A stretch of DNA of 64,000 nucleotides from an uncultured Clostridia bacterium (lineage in GTDB: Bacteria > Bacillota > Clostridia > Christensenellales > UBA3700): the NCBI GenBank assembly GCA_947037025.1, contig CAMQSU010000005.1, positions 6,353 to 70,352 of the forward strand. Reading direction: 5' to 3'. The position numbers and the translations under genes were made by a program. The notes beneath the pieces were generated by a model. That model ran no database searches, had not been told where the DNA came from, and saw only the letters and a program-made list of their open reading frames with translations. Below are positions 1 to 8,898 of the stretch, piece after piece. How positions within the stretch are numbered: the first letter of the stretch is position 1; each line of letters begins with the position of its first letter.

Positions 1-2
1 AA

Positions 3-845
3 ATGTTTACTGATCTTGTAAATAAGGCTGACGAATATGATGAAGATATACATTACGAGTTTATCGTTGTTAATGGCAATACTGTAAACGGCGAGAATAA
101 TGGTGAATTGATGAAGAGTGCAGTGACTTTCATTGATAGCTTTAAGATTCCTTGGGCTATTACTTTGGGTGCGAGCGATATTGACGGAACAGATAGCAAA
201 ACAGATATTATGAAAATCCTTAAAGACTCTAAATACGGAATCATGAGCGAAGCTACATACATGGATAAGACGGGTAATGATGCAACGTATATGGTTGATG
301 TATTTAACGACAAAGATACTTTTATTACTTCGCTATACTTTGTAGATACAACTGTAGAATGCTCAGATAAGCTAGTAGAGTGGTATACTAATACTGTTAA
401 ATCTTATGGCTATGAATATGGAAATAAAGATGGTGATAATGTTAATTCAGTAATATTTATGCACACAGCCCTGTCTAATCATAAGCAGAAGGTTACAGAT
501 GATAATGATGTCATTGATCCTGAAGATGTTGTTACTGTTTGGGAAAATAGTAGTAACTTTTCAAAAGCAATCATTAGCTTAAAAAGCACTATCGGAGTTT
601 TTGTAGCTCGTGATACACTTAACTCAAATTCTCATACTGTAAATAATATTAAATGGGAGTTTTCAAAGTCTTTATACTTGCCAAATGGGGATATTAAATC
701 ACAAGATTTTATCACTCAAGCACGCAATACTGGTGGTACAAAACTAGCTTTAGCATCAAGTTCTTATATTTCGACTTCGCAAAAAAGATTAACTGCTAGC
801 GATTATTTTGAGAAAGTAGAAAATAGATATTCATTTAATAAATAA
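3..845 (+). CDS. hypothetical protein, C-terminal fragment (gene starts left of the window)
   Basis: The frame is open from the window edge for 280 codons, with a stop at 843-845 and a hairpin terminator about 30 nt downstream. I recognise no family with confidence; there is only a weak metallophosphoesterase-like look (VIFMH block). Confidence 0.5.
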   Translation: MFTDLVNKADEYDEDIHYEFIVVNGNTVNGENNGELMKSAVTFIDSFKIPWAITLGASDIDGTDSKTDIMKILKDSKYGIMSEATYMDKTGNDATYMVDVFNDKDTFITSLYFVDTTVECSDKLVEWYTNTVKSYGYEYGNKDGDNVNSVIFMHTALSNHKQKVTDDNDVIDPEDVVTVWENSSNFSKAIISLKSTIGVFVARDTLNSNSHTVNNIKWEFSKSLYLPNGDIKSQDFITQARNTGGTKLALASSSYISTSQKRLTASDYFEKVENRYSFNK

Positions 846-876
846 TTGATACTTAGAAAACAACTGAATATTAACA

Positions 877-913
877 ATCTCCGCTACGATTTTTAGTAGC
901 GGAGATTTGAGTT
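877..913 (+). terminator. rho-independent terminator
   Basis: Stem atctccgctac (877-887) pairs with gtagcggagat (896-906) around an 8-nt loop, followed by T-rich tttgagttt. Confidence 0.75.
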
Positions 914-1069
914 TAAAGCTATACTTTTGATGCGAATGTATACGAAAAGCTGACAAATTTTAAGTATCATCTATAAAATAAAATAATTTAATATATGTAT
1001 GTGAAAAGCTGATAAATATTTAAATTTATCATTATAATAAATTAGCATTTTAATACAAAAAGTTATTAA

Positions 1070-1125
1070 AAATAAAATAGCACTTCGCATTTTTTATAAA
1101 ATACAAAGTGCTATTATTTTTATTT
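1070..1125 (-). terminator. possible terminator of the minus-strand glycosyltransferase gene
   Basis: Arms atagcactt (1078-1086) and aagtgctat (1106-1114) have A/T runs on both sides. The loop is long (19 nt), so confidence is only moderate. Confidence 0.45.
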
Positions 1126-1130
1126 TTAAT

Positions 1131-2264
1131 TTAGTTATCAAGCTCGTTATCTTTAATTGCTTCAACAAACATTTCCTCGATCATTTTGATGCATTTTTCC
1201 AGTTTGAATTGCTTAGAAAATTCTAAGTATTTTGCTGTTAATTCAGCCTTCTCATTTTCATGCTCGATGAAGTAGTCAATTTTGCTAGCAAGGTGTGCAG
1301 AGTTGCCGCATTCAAATAAGCTACGATCATCTAGTGCAAATTGTTTTGTAGCAGAAGCAGGGCTGTTAGATATAACAGGTATTAGTCCGCAAGCGATAGC
1401 TTCAAGGCAAGATATTGCCTCAATCTCAACATCTGCTGAGTGCACATATAAGTCGCTGTATTGCAATATTTTAATTAACTCCGTCTGTGTGTAAAAACCA
1501 AAAATTGGCGGCACTGGAAGTTTTTTTGATAATGCTTTATAGTGATTTGCCTTAGGGCCTTTTCCGGCAAAGATTAGTTGGATTTTGTCTTTGTATTTAC
1601 TTTTATCAACAGCGTTGATTAAAACGTCTTGACACTTTTCGCTGCTAAGTCTGCCAACCATAGAGATGATGATTTTATCCTTTAGATCGGCAGGGGTTTG
1701 CTTAGGCGCAGGCTTGAATGATTTTTCAATGCCATTGCTGACAACATGCAGCTTCCCTTTGTAGTGATTACGTCTAAGTTCGCTCGCTATAAATTCGCTA
1801 GGGCAATGAATGTGTTTAACATCATTATAAAACCTTACTCTAAAAAAGCGGTATACCCAAGCAATTGCAATATTGCACTTATGCAGCCCAGTGTTATATG
1901 TTACATTCTCCGGTTGAACATGGAAAGCGGCAGTATAAGGCTTGCCAAGTTTCCTTGCGATTTTAAGGCCAACTTTAGAAAGCTTAAAGGGCATTAAAAA
2001 ATGCACAATATCGCATTCGCTAATTGCTTCTGTGAGAATGCTTTTTACCGGTTTACCAAAAGCCATACCTTGACGGTGTGCTAACTTTGATGCGATAGGT
2101 ATATATCTCTCTGGGACGATGTAAAGATTTTTGGCAGGTTTACCAGTCGTTACAATCTTGATTTCGTGACCATTTTCGTGCAGATATTGGGCGAACCTTA
2201 TTGTAGATATCGTCGTCCCGTTATTTTCGCTATTAAATTGGTCAAGTACTAATAATATTTTCAT
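1131..2264 (-). CDS. glycosyltransferase, GT4 / group 1 family (lipid or cell-envelope glycosyltransferase type)
   Basis: This 377-aa ORF starts MKILLVLDQFNSENNGTT and has the C-terminal EAISCLEAIACGLIPV block typical of GT-B fold GT4 enzymes. A GGAG RBS sits upstream of the ATG on the minus strand. Confidence 0.8.
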   Translation of the reverse strand: MKILLVLDQFNSENNGTTISTIRFAQYLHENGHEIKIVTTGKPAKNLYIVPERYIPIASKLAHRQGMAFGKPVKSILTEAISECDIVHFLMPFKLSKVGLKIARKLGKPYTAAFHVQPENVTYNTGLHKCNIAIAWVYRFFRVRFYNDVKHIHCPSEFIASELRRNHYKGKLHVVSNGIEKSFKPAPKQTPADLKDKIIISMVGRLSSEKCQDVLINAVDKSKYKDKIQLIFAGKGPKANHYKALSKKLPVPPIFGFYTQTELIKILQYSDLYVHSADVEIEAISCLEAIACGLIPVISNSPASATKQFALDDRSLFECGNSAHLASKIDYFIEHENEKAELTAKYLEFSKQFKLEKCIKMIEEMFVEAIKDNELDN

Positions 2265-2454
2265 AAAACTCCAGTTTGTGCGTATTACAAATCATGAAAG
2301 TGTTTTAGACGCAATAATAGTATTTCCGCATAGCTTGCCACGCAAGCCAAATAAGAAATAGTACATCTAAATTCAATGTATGTAATACAATTATTAATTA
2401 AGCATAAGAACATTATACATTATTTGTGCAAAATTTGCAAGAGATATCATATTG

Positions 2455-2477
2455 TATAGTGTAAACTTTACACTATA
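2455..2477. promoter_or_regulatory. 23-bp perfect palindrome, candidate operator upstream of nagB
   Basis: The sequence is tatagtgtaaa-c-tttacactata, ending 22 bp upstream of the nagB -35 element. No regulator gene is adjacent. Confidence 0.4.
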
Positions 2478-2499
2478 GTACACAATTTACAATATATTA

Positions 2500-2528
2500 T
2501 TGACTTTTGCGGCATAATGTAATATAAT
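2500..2528 (+). promoter_or_regulatory. sigma-A type promoter of nagB
   Basis: TTGACT (2500-2505), 17-nt spacer, TATAAT (2523-2528), 27 nt upstream of the nagB ATG. Confidence 0.55.
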
Positions 2529-2555
2529 AACAATATAAATTTAGGGAGGTATTAT

Positions 2556-3278
2556 ATGAAAGTTATAGTAGTTAAAAATTCAAATGAAATAGCGAGCGAG
2601 GCTCTTAAAGTTATGCTTGAAACAGTTAAGTCTAATAGCAAAGCTGTAATCGGTCTTGCAACGGGGTCTAGTCCAATCGGTCTTTACGAAAGTATGATTG
2701 CCGACCATGTGAATAGCGGAACTTCTTATGCAGATATTCGCACAGTTAACCTTGACGAATATGTAGGTCTTGACGAAAAATCAGAGCAGAGTTACATATA
2801 TTTTATGAATGACAATCTTTTTAAGAGTGTTAATTTAAATAAAAACAACATCAATTTGCCTAACGGAATGAATGCCGATATGCAAGTGGAGTGCGATAAT
2901 TACACTGCATTGTTAAATAGCATGCCACAAGATATTCAACTTCTAGGTATTGGCGCAAATGGTCACATTGGTTTCAACGAGCCAGGGACTTCATTTGATA
3001 GCACTACTCATATCGTAGAGTTAGAAGAAGGAACAAGAATTGATAATGCAAGATTTTTTAATAGCCTTGATGAGGTTCCTAAGTTTGCAATCACAATGGG
3101 AATTGCAAATATTATGAATGCTAAAAAGATTTTAGTTGTTGCTAATGGCAAGAACAAAGCTAAGGCTGTATTTGAAATGGTGAAGGGGCAAGTTAGCGAA
3201 AACTGTCCTGCAAGCATTCTACAAAAGCATAAAGACGTTGTGTTAGTTATAGACGAGTCTGCAGCATCATTGTTATAA
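2556..3278 (+). CDS. nagB: glucosamine-6-phosphate deaminase
   Basis: The 240-aa product carries GLATGSSP, NLDEYVGL and GIGANGHIGFNEPG signature blocks. A GGGAGG RBS is present. Confidence 0.92.
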   Translation: MKVIVVKNSNEIASEALKVMLETVKSNSKAVIGLATGSSPIGLYESMIADHVNSGTSYADIRTVNLDEYVGLDEKSEQSYIYFMNDNLFKSVNLNKNNINLPNGMNADMQVECDNYTALLNSMPQDIQLLGIGANGHIGFNEPGTSFDSTTHIVELEEGTRIDNARFFNSLDEVPKFAITMGIANIMNAKKILVVANGKNKAKAVFEMVKGQVSENCPASILQKHKDVVLVIDESAASLL

Positions 3279-3362
3279 TATAATCATTTTAAAATGTTGC
3301 GATGCGATGTTTTAATTTAATATTGAATATTGCAAAATAAAATTAACTCATAATCTATAATT

Positions 3363-3400
3363 AAGCCCCTATTTTGCGAGATCGCAAGATAGGAGCTTTT
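3363..3400 (+). terminator. rho-independent terminator after nagB
   Basis: Hairpin ctattttgcga (3368-3378) / tcgcaagatag (3381-3391) with one mismatch, extended by gcccc/ggagc and followed by ttttt. Confidence 0.7.
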
Positions 3401-3546
3401 TATGTAATAATATCAATAATTATAATAATTAATTGAAATATGAGTAAATAACTATACAAAACACTAAAATTTGAAGCATATCAAGTTGTTAATTTGAATT
3501 TTATATGAGAAAAGAGTTAAGATGAAAAATTTGAGGGAGGGTTATT

Positions 3547-4389
3547 ATGGAAGGTATAAGGACGATAAAGGATAAGCCAAGGCTGATTATTTATGCATTA
3601 GAGCTGTTGATGACGGTGTTTGCAACAGTATATTTGATACTAGCACTAGCAGGAATTACTATGCCAAATGTGCCGAAAGGGTCAATGATAGCATCGGGAA
3701 TTGTAACATTTTTTTTAGGAATAGGATTCATTATATTTGAAAGATTGATTAGGCAAAAGCTGCCATTAATGTTGCACATAATTTATACGGTTTATTTTTA
3801 CCTTTCTAATGTGATAGGTAGTTGCCTTGGCGTGTTTAGATACTCTATTGATCCTTTTACATGGAGGGGGGAAATGATTTCCGACTTCGGGTGGTTTGAT
3901 AAAGTTATGCACTCAATACTAGGTTATGTACTATGCATTTTCGCAATATATTTAGCAATCAAAACTAGCACATGGAACAAAAGTATTTTAGGTGATGTGC
4001 TAATAATATTTGCTGTTAGTATGGCGCTAGCAGCACTTTGGGAGATATATGAGTTCTCTACTGACTCTGTGTTATCAGGTCAAGATATGCAGCGTGGGCC
4101 GTGGTTATTAGATACAATGGTGGATATGACATTGCACTTGATATTTACTTTAGTATTTATCATGCAATACCTAATATCAAGGTATACAAAGTTTTCTTTA
4201 GGAATAACCTTTATGGCGAAAAACTTAGCGACTGGCGAGCGAATACAGCGCAAAAATCATGATAAAAAATCCACTCAAAATATAAAAGCGGAACAGCCTA
4301 ATGTGGATGAGTTATCAGAAAAGCCACAAGGCGAACAGGTTGATAATGATATCATTAATCAATATGAAACTAGCGAAAATATCGACTAA
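3547..4389 (+). CDS. multi-pass membrane protein, DUF2238 / YjdF-like, with hydrophilic C-terminal tail
   Basis: The 280-aa product has several hydrophobic spans. The blocks FDKVMHSILGYVL and ALWEIYEF...GQDMQRG...DTMVDM resemble, from memory, the E. coli YjdF pattern (YDRLVHF..., LYELIEW...QGD.WD.QKDM). A GAGGGAGG RBS is present. Confidence 0.5.
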   Translation: MEGIRTIKDKPRLIIYALELLMTVFATVYLILALAGITMPNVPKGSMIASGIVTFFLGIGFIIFERLIRQKLPLMLHIIYTVYFYLSNVIGSCLGVFRYSIDPFTWRGEMISDFGWFDKVMHSILGYVLCIFAIYLAIKTSTWNKSILGDVLIIFAVSMALAALWEIYEFSTDSVLSGQDMQRGPWLLDTMVDMTLHLIFTLVFIMQYLISRYTKFSLGITFMAKNLATGERIQRKNHDKKSTQNIKAEQPNVDELSEKPQGEQVDNDIINQYETSENID

Positions 4390-4506
4390 AATAGTTGCAA
4401 TATATGATTTATAATATTAATTGTATAAATAAATATTAAATACAACTTAAACATATCTTAAATAATCAATTAAAAGGAGATGCTTGGCACCAGCTGAGTC
4501 TAAATT

Positions 4507-5874
4507 ATGTTAAACGATGATAGAATAAATAAAATCGGCAAATCATTTGCAAAATTTGTGTCATTAAATATTCTTAGTATGCTTGCTATGTCATTTTATA
4601 TTTTAGCTGATACAATATTTGTTGCAAACATTCCAGATATAGGAGCGGACTGCTTGACAGCACTGCAATTAGTGCTGCCATTCTTTAGCTTGCTTAATGG
4701 AGTTGGAGTGTTGCTCGGTGTCGGTGGTGCTACACTTTATTCGGTTGCTAAAGGTGCTGGTGATGATGAGCGTGCAAATAGAATATTTACGCAAGTCATG
4801 ATTATCGGCGGTGTGTTAGGTGCATTATTTACTATTTTAGGACTAACGATACCTACTCAAATTGTATCTATGCTAGGCGCTAAAGGTGAGATTGTCGCAC
4901 TTGCGGTAACATACCTAAAGGCTCTGTCTATATGCAATTTGCCATTTGTTGTAAATCATATTATGCTTGCATTTGTCAGAAACGATAACGCACCACGACT
5001 TGCTATGACAGCAGTAGTGGTCAGTAGTCTATTTAATGTACTACTAGATTGGATACTAATATTTCCTTGTGGATTAGGTATTTTTGGTGCAAGTTTTGCG
5101 ACAGGGCTAGCGTCAGTGGTATCACTGATTATTATGTCATGGCACTTTATACGTCGCAAAAATAACTTTAGATTTCAGCGTCCATCATTCCACTTTAAAG
5201 ATATAAGGTTCACGCTTGCAGCGGGATTTCCATCAATGCTAGCAGAGCTTTCTAACGGAATAGTAATATTGGTATTTAATATGCTTATCTTAAAAATAGG
5301 CGGAGAAAACGGTGGCATTGCAATAAACGCATATAGCGTGACAGCTAATTTAGCATTGATTGCTATGTTTACATTTAACGGAATTTCTCAAGGAACGCAA
5401 CCGCTATTTAGTATCAATTATGGTGCAGGAAAGAAAGATAATATAAGGAAAATTATGCTATATGGGTGTGCAACTGCATTAGGAATGGCAACATTGTACT
5501 ATGTGTCGTTTTTCCTTGGTCGTGATGGATTAATCAAGCTGTTTAACAATGCTGGGTCTGTTGAGATGGCAGAGATTGCAAGAGAGGCGATAGTCTTATA
5601 TAACATCGCATATTTTGCAGCAGCACTTAATATAGTGGCAACAGCTTTATTTGCTACTAACGGTAAGCCGATGTTTAGCTTCATAATATCTATACTTCGA
5701 GGTTTAGCATTGCCGCTTGGTTTAGCGTTCCTATTATCAAGCACGTTAGAGCTAAAAGGGATTTGGCTTACAATGCCGATTGCAGAGTTTATAACACTAT
5801 TTGTATCTATAATATTACTTGTAATTCATCAATTAAAAGATAGGAAAGATAGGAGGGTAGAATGTCAAGATTAA
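4507..5874 (+). CDS. MATE family efflux transporter
   Basis: The 455-aa product has about 12 hydrophobic segments and the N-terminal pattern FVSLNILSMLAMSFYILADTIFVA typical of MATE/NorM-like pumps. No strong SD is visible before the ATG. Confidence 0.85.
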   Translation: MLNDDRINKIGKSFAKFVSLNILSMLAMSFYILADTIFVANIPDIGADCLTALQLVLPFFSLLNGVGVLLGVGGATLYSVAKGAGDDERANRIFTQVMIIGGVLGALFTILGLTIPTQIVSMLGAKGEIVALAVTYLKALSICNLPFVVNHIMLAFVRNDNAPRLAMTAVVVSSLFNVLLDWILIFPCGLGIFGASFATGLASVVSLIIMSWHFIRRKNNFRFQRPSFHFKDIRFTLAAGFPSMLAELSNGIVILVFNMLILKIGGENGGIAINAYSVTANLALIAMFTFNGISQGTQPLFSINYGAGKKDNIRKIMLYGCATALGMATLYYVSFFLGRDGLIKLFNNAGSVEMAEIAREAIVLYNIAYFAAALNIVATALFATNGKPMFSFIISILRGLALPLGLAFLLSSTLELKGIWLTMPIAEFITLFVSIILLVIHQLKDRKDRRVECQD

Positions 5875-6518
5875 ATATTGTTAATGGTATGGCAATGCTA
5901 AGCTATATTAAGGAATTTAAGATAGATTTAGGTGGAGATGTAGTTCCATTTAATGAGTGTATGTGCGAAGGATTTGTGACAGCGGACATATTTGGGGCGG
6001 AGTTTGAGCTTGCAAGATGTACAACTCACGGAGTAGGAATTGAGGAATATGAAGATATTGTCATCAATTATTTGCACCCGTTATTTTCGGAAGATTATGA
6101 CGAGCTACACTTGTTTTTCGACGAGGATATGTTCTGTCAAATCAACCTAATAACATTGCTTGCATACCTTGATATGACTGAATATGAAGGTAAGATAGCG
6201 CTTCATATAATAGATAACTCATTTGCTGAGTTAAATGTAGTTGAATTAAAATCTCAAAGCTTTTTTGTTGTATACAAACAGTTATTAATTGAAAAAAAAG
6301 TCCCAGAAATTGTTTTACCAGAATTAATGTCTGATGCGGTAATAAAATATTTGGATTACTCTAGTGACAATAGCGAAATCGTTCAATATATACTAGAAAA
6401 TATTGATGTTGATGAGAATACATTGCTAGATATGCTTTTTTCTAGGTTTGGCAGTTACGGCTTAGGTGACACACAACTTCAAAAGCAAATAGACTTAGTT
6501 AAAAATAGAAATTGGTAA
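5862..6518 (+). CDS. hypothetical acidic protein, possibly DUF1835-like
   Basis: This 218-aa ORF overlaps the MATE gene's 3' end by 13 nt. The blocks LNIVNG near the N-terminus and LHLFFDEDMFCQINLITLLAYL resemble the DUF1835 pattern. This is a by-eye call only. Confidence 0.45.
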   Translation: MSRLNIVNGMAMLSYIKEFKIDLGGDVVPFNECMCEGFVTADIFGAEFELARCTTHGVGIEEYEDIVINYLHPLFSEDYDELHLFFDEDMFCQINLITLLAYLDMTEYEGKIALHIIDNSFAELNVVELKSQSFFVVYKQLLIEKKVPEIVLPELMSDAVIKYLDYSSDNSEIVQYILENIDVDENTLLDMLFSRFGSYGLGDTQLQKQIDLVKNRNW

Positions 6519-6813
6519 ATTGTTAAATATCAAAATAAGTTGAATATTTAGTTCAATTTTTAACTTATTTTCAAATAAGTTTATATAAAACTGACAACAT
6601 TACATGTTATGCGTCATTAAACGCCAAATACTTACTGTCGAAATATGATATAATCTGGATAATTAGTGGTTATATTAAACATAATTTTTGAATAAATTGA
6701 CACTAATAATAGAATGAAATAGCAAATATTTTCATTTATTGACATATTATGACGTTAATTATTGGAGTTTTACAAAAATTATATTTATTTTTTAATAAAA
6801 ACAAATAAAAACC

Positions 6814-6841
6814 TTGCATTCTCGCCAAAATATGTTATAAT
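6814..6841 (+). promoter_or_regulatory. extended -10 promoter of spo0A
   Basis: TTGCAT (6814-6819), 16-nt spacer, TGtTATAAT (6833-6841). An AGGGGG RBS precedes the ATG at 6873. Confidence 0.5.
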
Positions 6842-6872
6842 AATTATGTTATTTAACCGATAGGGGGTTTTT

Positions 6873-7691
6873 ATGAGCAAAATCAAATTATTAATCGTAG
6901 ATTGTGATGTTGAAAATGGTGGACGTAGTGCAAAAGAATTAAGTAGTGATTTTATTGAAGTAATCGGTATTGCTACTGATGGTCAAGAATGTCTTGAGAT
7001 GATGAAGACGCGTGATATTGATGTAATATTGACTGAGTTAGTTCTTCCAATGTATGACGGATATGCGATTCTTGAAGCTGCAGCAGCAGGCGTGGACATG
7101 CCAAAGATTCCAAAGATTTTTGTTATGTCTAAGCTTATGGGTGAGGGGTATATTAATAAGGCTATGAAATTAGGTGCTTCTTATTATTTCTTTAAGCCTT
7201 GTAATTATTCGTATGTTAGCACTATTATGAAAAATGCAATGGAAAAAGATCCGTTTGCTGAGTATTTAAATGAAGGACAAGGCGATGTAAAAGGTTCATT
7301 AGGCGTTGAGGGCATGAAGACTATGAATACTCGTAATCATCACCCAATAGAGGAGAAAATAGCTAAAATATTTATCTCTGTTGGCATACCAGCACACATA
7401 AAAGGCTATCAATTTTTGAGGTCTGCAATCAAGCTTGTAGTAGCAAAACCGGAGATGATTAACAGCATCACAAAGCAGTTATATCCTGGTGTTGCAGAAA
7501 TATATAATACTAGCGCAAGCAAAGTTGAAAGGGCAATCAGACACGCAATAGAAGTTGCTTGGAATAGAGGAAAATTAGATAATATTAACAGGCTTTTTGG
7601 CTTCAAGATTTATAGTGCAAACGAGAAACCTACTAACGGTGAGTTTATAGCATTAGTAGCGGATAAACTAATGGTAGATAGTACATATTGA
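6873..7691 (+). CDS. spo0A: sporulation master regulator Spo0A (atypical receiver domain)
   Basis: The C-terminal domain carries the Spo0A-specific blocks GIPAHIKGYQFLRSAI, SKVERAIRHAIEVAWNRG and KPTNGEFIALVADKL. The N-terminal CheY-like receiver has Glu55 at the phospho-acceptor position (see findings). Confidence 0.9.
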   Translation: MSKIKLLIVDCDVENGGRSAKELSSDFIEVIGIATDGQECLEMMKTRDIDVILTELVLPMYDGYAILEAAAAGVDMPKIPKIFVMSKLMGEGYINKAMKLGASYYFFKPCNYSYVSTIMKNAMEKDPFAEYLNEGQGDVKGSLGVEGMKTMNTRNHHPIEEKIAKIFISVGIPAHIKGYQFLRSAIKLVVAKPEMINSITKQLYPGVAEIYNTSASKVERAIRHAIEVAWNRGKLDNINRLFGFKIYSANEKPTNGEFIALVADKLMVDSTY

Positions 7692-7808
7692 CAGTGAAAA
7701 ATAATAAGTTTATCAGGAAATATAATTATATTGCAGGCTAATCGTATAATATATTGAGTAATATATCTATATTAATTAAAGTGCAAATGATAATTTTTTA
7801 TATTACAT

Positions 7809-7850
7809 AATAGCTAGCATTTAATAGTAATGCTAGCTATTTGTCTGCTT
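7809..7850 (+). terminator. terminator after spo0A
   Basis: Stem aatagctagcat (7809-7820) / atgctagctatt (7830-7841), followed by a weak T tract (tgtctgctt). Confidence 0.6.
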
Positions 7851-8056
7851 ACGATTGGAGAAAAAAAGTATTTTTTTGGCTAAACTTATTTGCAAGTTTA
7901 GCAATAGTTTGGCATTTTTTGTGATAAATTTATGATGTATATAGTGAATTGGGTAAAAATTACATGTTTTTTTTACAAATATGCTTAAACCTATTGACAT
8001 TTTCTCATAAGTATTATAATATGATTGAAAAATGAGAGTATTGGAGGGTATATTTA

Positions 8057-8641
8057 ATGCCAATTTACAGAAAGTGTCCTAGATGCGAGTTGAATTACAT
8101 TTTGCACGAAAAAGATTATTGTGATGTTTGCCTTTTGGAATTAAAGGGCGTTGATATTCACGCTGCTGATGTTGATGATTCGCTATGTCCAGGGTGTCAT
8201 GAAATTTATCTTGAACCGGGCGAAGTGATGTGTTCTGCCTGTGCGCTAAAAGCACGCGGAGCTAAAGCAAAGGCAGAAGTGGAAGAGGACGAAGTGGAGC
8301 CAGGAAGCCGCCTTGCGAATATGACTGAGGAAGAGGATTGGGATGCTGATGCAGATTCGACTTTTGATACACCATCAGTCATTGATGATACTGAATCCTT
8401 CGTTGATGACGGCGACTATGAAGACGAAGATTATGAAGACGAAGATTATGATGAAGAAGCTAATGAAATCCTTGAAGAAGGCGCAGTAGTAGAAGTCGAT
8501 GATTTTGAGGAAGTGTTACTAGGTCTTGATGACTTAGATGATGATGACTTAGACGATGATGATTTTGACGAAGATGAGCTTGAAATGGATTTAGATGATT
8601 TAGGCAGTGAGCTTGGATTAGATGAGGAAGATTACAAATAA
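8057..8641 (+). CDS. double zinc-ribbon protein with long polyacidic C-terminal tail
   Basis: The 194-aa product has two CxxC-x11-CxxC units (C7/C10/C22/C25 and C44/C47/C59/C62) followed by about 120 residues dominated by D/E. A GGAGGG RBS is present and a strong terminator lies downstream. Confidence 0.6.
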   Translation: MPIYRKCPRCELNYILHEKDYCDVCLLELKGVDIHAADVDDSLCPGCHEIYLEPGEVMCSACALKARGAKAKAEVEEDEVEPGSRLANMTEEEDWDADADSTFDTPSVIDDTESFVDDGDYEDEDYEDEDYDEEANEILEEGAVVEVDDFEEVLLGLDDLDDDDLDDDDFDEDELEMDLDDLGSELGLDEEDYK

Positions 8642-8698
8642 TCATTATTTCAAAATGCTTTAATTAATTTTAGCAAGAAGTAAAAAATAATATAACAA

Positions 8699-8738
8699 AT
8701 ACACCTAACGGCAAATTGCGTTAGGTGTATTTTTTTTA
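8699..8738 (+). terminator. rho-independent terminator
   Basis: Stem acacctaacg (8701-8710) / cgttaggtgt (8719-8728) followed by a T8 run. Confidence 0.85.
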
Positions 8739-8898
8739 AGCAGTAGACCTGCAGCGAGGAAAAAATAATATTACGTAATGCACAATCATGTAAGGATAAT
8801 ATTTTATTAATATAATATAATACATGAGTTAAGTATAATATCTATATATCTAGTTAATAATACGTTATATAGAATATTTATCTATATATGGAGGCATT

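Noticed and set aside
6636-6654. A Spo0A 0A-box (TGTCGAA, 6636-6642) overlapping an extended -10 (TGaTATAAT, 6646-6654), about 230 bp upstream of spo0A. This would suggest a second, autoregulated promoter like Pv/Ps in B. subtilis.
   Set aside because: The same 7-mer or its complement occurs by chance at several coding positions in this window (for example 11147-11153, 49857-49863, and within recJ and rpoB). The putative -35 is poor. A single site is not evidence of autoregulation.
7833-8063. A 76-aa minus-strand ORF between spo0A and the zinc-ribbon gene.
   Set aside because: It overlaps the spo0A terminator and the promoter/RBS of the downstream + strand gene. It has no RBS and an implausible composition.
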